Origin: a virus
DNA length: 64,000 nt
Virus record (IMG/VR): IMGVR_UViG_3300045988_119718
Span: 128,001-192,000 of that record
Strand: one strand, 5' to 3'
The notes beneath the pieces were generated by a model. It did not search any database, was not told the DNA's origin, and saw nothing but the letters and a program-made list of their open reading frames with translations. The position numbers were made by a program, and so were the translations under genes. Shown one piece after another: positions 58,578 to 64,000 of the stretch; the stretch's first letter is position 1; each line of letters opens with the position of its first letter.

Positions 58578-59939
58578 TTAATTCTTAATCTGCTCTTTAT
58601 ATAATTCCACGAAAAGTTCATAAGAGTTCTTTAATACATCAATGTTATTGTAGAAATCTTTCTGGGATCTTTCAATAACATCTTCTAATTGCTTTGCTAA
58701 GCCTTGTACTTCCTGCTGTGCAAACTGACTATCTCTTACTTTAATAAAGTGAAGCATATTTTCCATTGTAAAAGTATACATAGCATTGGTAGTTACATTC
58801 ATAGGTAAGAATGCTCTAGCATCTTGGTTAATCATACCTTGCTGTTTAAGCTGAGGATAGAGTTTAATAATTTCTTCACCTAATTCTTCAGATGTCATAT
58901 TAAACTCTTTACCACCAAATTTGAATGCATACTTCTTATTGATATCAGGATATGCTTTAGGGTTAAATGGAAGAGGATCAACAAATAATGCTTTCTTAGA
59001 ATAATCTACATATCTCTGAGATTCTTGAGAAATAGCGCATAAGTGTCTATTTACCTGTTGAGAAATAGCTCTAGAGAAATTCTTCATTTTAAAGCTAACA
59101 GTAGTACATCTAAAGATAGCTTTCATAAAGAGTTTAGCCTGTTCTTTATTTAGTTTATACATTCCTTCAGGGTCAATAAGTTCAACATGATCTTCATAGT
59201 GATCAGCAATACGTACTAAGATATCATTATATATAGCAATGATATCAGGGTAATTATACATAAAAATATTTTTATTAGAATATAGACGACTTTCATCAGT
59301 AAATGAGTTATCAAGATAATATGGATATTTATACTTAAATTCATCCAAGTCTACATAATCCTTCATATCTTCAAAGAACTCTTTTTCAATACTGTGTTTA
59401 GCAATATCCAAAATAACTCTATACAGGTCAAAGTTAAAGTTAGTTTCATTCTCAGATACAATACTGTCTGGGAGAGTACTATTTTGAATAAAATATCTAA
59501 ATGCTCTGATAGACCCTGACATTAATACGAAATACTCTTTAGCATCTTTATTATGAATAAAGTCTAAAGGTACGATATTCATGAAGTGTAATGCTGATAA
59601 ACTGGTATAGATAGAAGATAAATCAAAATCAGAGAGAACTGTATTATTCGATTTAAAACACAGCAAAACCATAATATTGGAATGACCACAAATAGAATCA
59701 TGACCATATCCCATAACTCTTTTAATATGAGCTAAGCATTTATCATATGTATTTTCTGGTGCTAACCCATAGCATGTTCTAGCAGCCATACTACAAAGAA
59801 ATGCTGATTCAGTATTATCAATAATATCGTAGGTAATAACGATATTGCGATTAGATTCATTCTGTAATTGTTTATTCATCTTTGAAGAATCTTTATTAAA
59901 GAATTCTTTAAGTTTGTTACGATTAAAAATCATAGTCAC
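58578..59939 (-). CDS. divergent ThyX-like (flavin-dependent thymidylate synthase family) protein of two pseudo-halves
   Basis: First half 'AARTCYG…GYGHDSICGHSN'. Second half 'NRHLCAISQESQRY', which resembles the ThyX signature RHRxxSxxxxSxRY with the third Arg replaced by Leu. Confidence 0.4.
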   Translation of the reverse strand: MTMIFNRNKLKEFFNKDSSKMNKQLQNESNRNIVITYDIIDNTESAFLCSMAARTCYGLAPENTYDKCLAHIKRVMGYGHDSICGHSNIMVLLCFKSNNTVLSDFDLSSIYTSLSALHFMNIVPLDFIHNKDAKEYFVLMSGSIRAFRYFIQNSTLPDSIVSENETNFNFDLYRVILDIAKHSIEKEFFEDMKDYVDLDEFKYKYPYYLDNSFTDESRLYSNKNIFMYNYPDIIAIYNDILVRIADHYEDHVELIDPEGMYKLNKEQAKLFMKAIFRCTTVSFKMKNFSRAISQQVNRHLCAISQESQRYVDYSKKALFVDPLPFNPKAYPDINKKYAFKFGGKEFNMTSEELGEEIIKLYPQLKQQGMINQDARAFLPMNVTTNAMYTFTMENMLHFIKVRDSQFAQQEVQGLAKQLEDVIERSQKDFYNNIDVLKNSYELFVELYKEQIKN

Positions 59940-60423
59940 TTACCCTCCCAAATTGACTTTGATAAATATTATTGGTGCTATCTGGAGTATTAGTAGTTAC
60001 TTGTCTACTAATACCTCTATTATTATATTCTACTACAGGAATCAATAGTCTCTGTGCATATTGACACAGAGTAGTAGTTCCGTTAGAATGCTGGTTATCT
60101 CTAAAAACGAAAATCTTATCAGGTTTATAATTCAGTAATTGTAAAAACCATTGAGCTTCTTTAGATTGAGTCATAATATACTTTTTAGAACAATCGCATG
60201 GAATATCTAGTTTTATAAGATTTTCTTTAGGAATCTTTAATGATTCAGCATACTGTTCTACATGGTCTACTAATCTTGGTAAACCACCATATACAAATTT
60301 TGCTTTCTTATTATAATAAAGAATTGTATAAATATTTCCCATAGGTATCCCAATATCATAAACTAAATATGTTTGGTCAAATACAATTCCTATTACTACT
60401 TGTGAATTATCTTCTTCTTGCAT
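59923..60423 (-). CDS. hypothetical protein
   Basis: 166-aa ORF. Confidence 0.45.
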   Translation of the reverse strand: MQEEDNSQVVIGIVFDQTYLVYDIGIPMGNIYTILYYNKKAKFVYGGLPRLVDHVEQYAESLKIPKENLIKLDIPCDCSKKYIMTQSKEAQWFLQLLNYKPDKIFVFRDNQHSNGTTTLCQYAQRLLIPVVEYNNRGISRQVTTNTPDSTNNIYQSQFGRVSDYDF

Positions 60424-60431
60424 AATATCAC

Positions 60432-61280
60432 CTATTTTCTCTTTGCTCTAGCAGAAAGAATAAGTTTAAATCTTCTCAGAGAAGGTTTAAGAGCAGTAAC
60501 AATTTCTTCTTTAATAGCTTCTCTATCTTTACCTTCTACATTGATATTAGTAATATTAGAATACTTACTGTTTACATACGGTGTAAAATCAGTATTATTA
60601 AAAGTATTTCTTACAAAGCCAAGATAGCAATCATCACTTTCATAACCATCTTTCTTGTTTCCTCTAATATTAAGTTTCTTATTAATATCATCAATATTAT
60701 TATTATGAAGATTAATCAGGATATCAGTTACAGGAAGCTTATAATAAACATGAGCCATATTAAATACAGTTTTCTGACATTTCTTAATAAACTCTTCTAG
60801 TTCTTTAAGATGTACTTTATCAATAGTACCCTGAATATCTTTAGTAAGATAATAGAGCATAGAATACCAATATCTATCAAAGATAATGATAGTAGGTTTA
60901 GAGAATACTTTATTCACTCTCATACTTTCATACCAATCATACATATCAAGCAAAAACAGATTAGATACAAACTTAAGATAATCCATAGATTCTGGATTAA
61001 TATCTACTTTTGGATGATCTACAAACTTATTAGCTAAATGACGTTTAACAAAATAAGATGCTTCAGATTTATATCTAGGAAAAGATACAATCTTAATCTG
61101 TAAATCAACTGAATCAATATATTTCTTAAAATCTTCTTTAAGATAACTAGCAATAGCTTTAGCATTAGTTTCCTTATAAGTAGCATCTAATCCTTCTAAT
61201 GTAATAAAAAGATTATACTTACTATAATCTGGAAGAATAGGTTGTCTTTTCATAATAAACTCTCCTTTGCATAAAAACAC
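60432..61280 (-). CDS. hypothetical protein
   Basis: 282-aa ORF, last gene before the long non-coding region. Confidence 0.5.
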   Translation of the reverse strand: MFLCKGEFIMKRQPILPDYSKYNLFITLEGLDATYKETNAKAIASYLKEDFKKYIDSVDLQIKIVSFPRYKSEASYFVKRHLANKFVDHPKVDINPESMDYLKFVSNLFLLDMYDWYESMRVNKVFSKPTIIIFDRYWYSMLYYLTKDIQGTIDKVHLKELEEFIKKCQKTVFNMAHVYYKLPVTDILINLHNNNIDDINKKLNIRGNKKDGYESDDCYLGFVRNTFNNTDFTPYVNSKYSNITNINVEGKDREAIKEEIVTALKPSLRRFKLILSARAKRK

Positions 61281-61492
61281 TTATGAAAAAAGCCTTTTAT
61301 TCTAAAGTGATTATAATTTTATATATCTATTTTCTATAAATAACGCATAGAAGATTTTCTATATGTCCGGAAAATTAACAAAGGTTTTTAAACTGGAATA
61401 GTTCAAAAGTGTAATAGACTTCTACAACTTTATAAACTATTCTTTACTGAAGAAGTGTAAAACTTTTATTTTTATTGAAAGGAGAAAACTTT

Positions 61493-61597
61493 ATGAACTC
61501 TATTATTGAAAAAAGTATATATGCTATTTTACTATTTCTCTGGAGTATTATTATCTACGATATTATTTCTGGTAATATTATTGAAGAACTTTTATAA
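61493..61597 (+). CDS. possible 34-aa hydrophobic peptide with a strong RBS (aaaggagaaaacttt-ATG)
   Basis: MNSIIEKSIYAILLFLWSIIIYDIISGNIIEELL. It is the only good RBS+ORF in the 1.8-kb non-coding region. Confidence 0.3.
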   Translation: MNSIIEKSIYAILLFLWSIIIYDIISGNIIEELL

Positions 61598-62235
61598 ACT
61601 TTCTTAACTTCTATAACTTTATTGGAGTTTTTAACTATTAGGTTGATTCTAGGAAAGGATTTGTGCGACTGAAAGGAGCAACAAAACTTTCCGCCATTAA
61701 AAATGGGTTCTAACCCCCGTGAGGGGGTGGTGATTGTAGATTCCTACCCCCTGGAGGTAGACTAGCTTTTAAACTTTTACCAAGTTTTATACTTTATAAA
61801 CTTTTTTAATTACCATCTTCGGTATATACCGAAGATGGGTTATATTCTTTAAAAACTGTATTTTTAGAAAGAATTCTTAATATATCAATACACTTATATT
61901 GAATTAAGGTTTAGAACTCTTATATTAAAAAATGCAGTGTTATATTTCTATTATATTGGATAGGTTTAGAACAGTATTATTTTGAAAAATACTTATAAAC
62001 TTGTTTTTATTGGTATTTTATTTACACTTCTTAATTGAAGAGGTTTTATAACTCTTTTCAATTAAAAATAAAATTATAAACTCGTAGTTTATAAAGTTTA
62101 GAAAAAGTTTATAATTATAGTATTTTTTCAATAAATTCTTTTTTGTTATTATTTAATAATTCATGTACATTTTCGTAATGAAATTTTTTTGACTACTTTT
62201 ATAGTTTGTATTCTTTTTTCTTTCCCTCTTTTTGG

Positions 62236-62290
62236 AGGGAAAGGGGGATGGGGGTTCTAGGGGGTAGGGGGGGGAAGGGAACCTTTTTCT
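62236..62290 (+). other. G-rich island with G-quadruplex potential (GGG/GGGGG/GGGGG/GGGGG/GGGGGGGG/GGG)
   Basis: 'ggagggaaagggggatgggggttctagggggtaggggggggaagggaacc' flanked by 'tccctc…' pyrimidine tracts. Extreme for a ~28% GC genome. Confidence 0.6.
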
Positions 62291-62697
62291 CCCTTTCTTT
62301 TTTCAACTTCATAAAAATGTATAGATTCTTTTCTATCTTTATAAGTTGTATTTCAATGTATTCTAATAGAAATATGGCTATTCAGTAGTAAAAAATAAAA
62401 CGATTTTTCTTATAACTTCAGTGTAAAAACAAGGGTATGAGATTGATTCTCATACCCATATCTTACCTCGTATATTGCTTTCATACAAAAAATGCTATAT
62501 CTCAAAATATAGTATCGTATTCCTATTAAAAATAATAGTCATAGGAGCATGGTTTAAAAATACAACATTACATACTTCCTATAGAAAAATGATTTTTTCA
62601 TGGATTTTTACCTAAATATCAATAATTTCTGTCTAAATGCGAATCATTCGCATTTGTTAGAAAAAGTTTATAATTATAAACTGAAAAAATCGCTAAT

Positions 62698-62940
62698 TTT
62701 TTAGTTAAAAATTAAAAATCAACTAACATACCCTTTTTTCGCTATTTTCGTATTCCTATTAGTTTTAATGGAAATATGACTTTCTCATACCTTGCTAAAA
62801 ATTTAGTTAAAATTGAAAAACCAATTAACATACACTTTTTTAGCCATATTCGTATTCCCATTGGTTCTAATGGAAATACGACTTTTCAATTTTTTCTAAA
62901 AATTTAGTTAAAATTGAAATACCAATTAACATGTGGTCAC
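62698..62940. repeat. ~100-nt direct tandem repeat, 2.4 copies, ~80% identity (candidate iterons)
   Basis: The unit 'aatttagttaaaattgaaaaaccaattaacata…cgtattcccattggttctaatggaaatacgact…' is repeated. It is flanked by the TTTATAA palindromes 'gtttataattataaac' at 62656 and 'tttataattagtttataa' at 62960. Confidence 0.7.
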
Positions 62941-63096
62941 TACGAAATTATAAACAAAAGTTTATAATTAGTTTATAATTTATTTTTAAAGAAAATAAAA
63001 AACATGATAAAAGACAGCAGAAACCCAGTACAGGATAAACCTGTACTGAGTATTCACGCTATCTTCAGTTGGTATACTATAATGTAGGTAAAAATA

Positions 63097-63921
63097 TTAA
63101 TCATGAAGATTATCTACATTAGTAAGGTTATTCCACTTTATACCAAGTTTTTCCTTACACTGTCTAGATAATTCCATAAGTACTTTGTTCAATGAACCAC
63201 TACTAATGATAGAAGCTGTCATACGAGCATTAACCGATGCTGAAGTTAATAAAGCATCTATTGGTTCATCAGGTCTAAAATCAGTATATGGTTCTTTACC
63301 TTTAGGCATAATATCTTTTACTACACCTTTGATTGCAGTGTTGTAAGTCAGCTTATCACCAACGCCCATCTTATCTTCACACTTGATGTAGAAGCAGAAC
63401 ATTACACCTTTTTCCAAGTTCTTGAATTTGCCTTCTGGTAATAACTTTTCTGTAGAAGGTACTGATTCATTAATTTCTATATCTGTTACTCCGTTATCTT
63501 TAAGATATTTCTTTTCTTTCTTTATAGAATTTTCATACTTAGAAACTATCTTCTTTAATGATGGAGATAATTCATCTAATTCACAAGTTCTAAATATTTT
63601 AATATCTTGAAGAGTACCAGTAATCTTAGAATGAACTTGAATTCTACCAAAGTCTGTAGCTAATTCTAATTCATCATCAGAAATATTCTTCATTAAAGTA
63701 TTAGCTTCATCATCAGTAAATGCATTCTGGAAGATTATTAATGGAGAACCTTCTTCTATAGGTTTACCTTTTTCAGCTAAGAAGAATACATTAGAACCAG
63801 CATCTAAAGAACATGTTTTTTCTACACAATAGAATGAAGTAAGAGCATCTGAAATACGTTCATCTATAATAGAAGAATCTTCATATGCTTCATCTGTACA
63901 CATTATAGCTATTTTAGCCAT
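63097..63921 (-). CDS. rpoB: RNAP beta-subunit C-terminal-region fragment
   Basis: 'GDKLTYNTAIKGVVKDIMPKGKEPYTDFRPDEPIDALLTSASVNARMTASII' matches the beta '[50 protein letters not shown]' region. Confidence 0.5.
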   Translation of the reverse strand: MAKIAIMCTDEAYEDSSIIDERISDALTSFYCVEKTCSLDAGSNVFFLAEKGKPIEEGSPLIIFQNAFTDDEANTLMKNISDDELELATDFGRIQVHSKITGTLQDIKIFRTCELDELSPSLKKIVSKYENSIKKEKKYLKDNGVTDIEINESVPSTEKLLPEGKFKNLEKGVMFCFYIKCEDKMGVGDKLTYNTAIKGVVKDIMPKGKEPYTDFRPDEPIDALLTSASVNARMTASIISSGSLNKVLMELSRQCKEKLGIKWNNLTNVDNLHD

Positions 63922-64000
63922 AGTACCAATGTTAAATGCAACGTTTTTATTATCAGCGTTATGCCCTATAGAGGGACTGAACGAAGTTGGGTCATATGCT
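63919..64000 (-). CDS. 3' end of an upstream CDS (possibly the preceding RNAP beta fragment) overlapping the next start as ATGGCTAA
   Basis: The open frame …AYDPTSFSPSIGHNADNKNVAFNIGTNG* runs to the window edge. Confidence 0.3.

Noticed and set aside
61700-61765. tRNA-like T-arm ('GGGTTCTAACCC')
   Set aside because: Position 57 is a pyrimidine, and I could not fold an acceptor stem, D-arm or anticodon arm. It is more likely a pair of simple hairpins.
62698-62940. Possible CRISPR array
   Set aside because: The repeat unit is ~100 nt with no unique spacers of regular length, and the copies are only ~80% identical. This is an iteron or tandem-repeat structure, not a CRISPR array.
1-64000. Prophage integration signatures (integrase, attL/attR, flanking bacterial genes)
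   Set aside because: None are visible. The own RNAP, the introns and the uniformly phage-like content argue for a lytic jumbo-phage genome segment rather than an integrated element.

Overview
The window is AT-rich (roughly 27-30% GC by eye), densely coding and mostly minus-strand. It looks like part of a large (jumbo) virulent phage of a low-GC Gram-positive host, in the style of Bacillus phage AR9/PBS1. I could not identify a major capsid protein, portal or terminase in this window. What the sequence supports:

- **Phage multisubunit RNA polymerase, split into fragments.** There is a beta-prime N-terminal fragment (Zn finger, 'LRPFDRRDGRF', active-site 'AADFDG'), a beta-prime bridge-helix fragment ('TPEGGYNEKLLLRAFQHL…DCGT') and a beta C-terminal fragment ('GNKGV-like').
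- **Two copies of a group I intron** with recognisable P/Q/R/S core elements. One splits the catalytic NADFDG|D motif of beta-prime. The second copy lies next to a free-standing HNH homing-endonuclease gene.
- **A long run of tail-fibre or adhesin-like proteins built from one ~65-70 aa Ig-like repeat** ('ITQSxNQTIxVY…TxSFxCxxGTxYxAxVxAxxGYxAGxLN'). It also contains a DUF285 ('Liste_lipo_26') LRR-like protein and a Phage_fiber_2-repeat tail fibre with clearly foreign codon usage.
- **A RiPP-like operon embedded in that structural region — the most unusual item.** Three radical-SAM/SPASM enzymes surround two tandem precursor-like genes. The precursors have unrelated long leaders but an identical 30-aa eight-cysteine C-terminal core ('LVCQASCQSTCQISCQSCHGGTCHDKKCGGGF'). 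Every gene junction in the operon is translationally coupled.
- **Three poly-G homopolymer tracts (9-10 nt) at critical positions in tail-associated genes.** One paralogue is in frame with 9 G; its copy is frameshifted off with 10 G. A third tract sits immediately before a stop codon, so a +1 G slip would fuse a four-repeat fibre protein to the downstream DUF285 receptor-like protein. This looks like phase variation of host-range proteins.
- **A 1.8-kb non-coding region (61290-63096)** with GC hairpins, a G-quadruplex-capable G-island, ~100-nt tandem repeats and TTTATAA palindromes. It is a candidate origin, packaging or control region.
- **Smaller items:** a gene + conserved-leader + identical-terminator module present three times, two paralogous HHH-motif proteins, a divergent ThyX-like protein, an SPFH protein, a PAPS-reductase-like protein and an Amidase_2 lysin.

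All coordinates counted by hand may be off by ±1-2 nt. Product calls rest on motif recognition only; no database search was possible.
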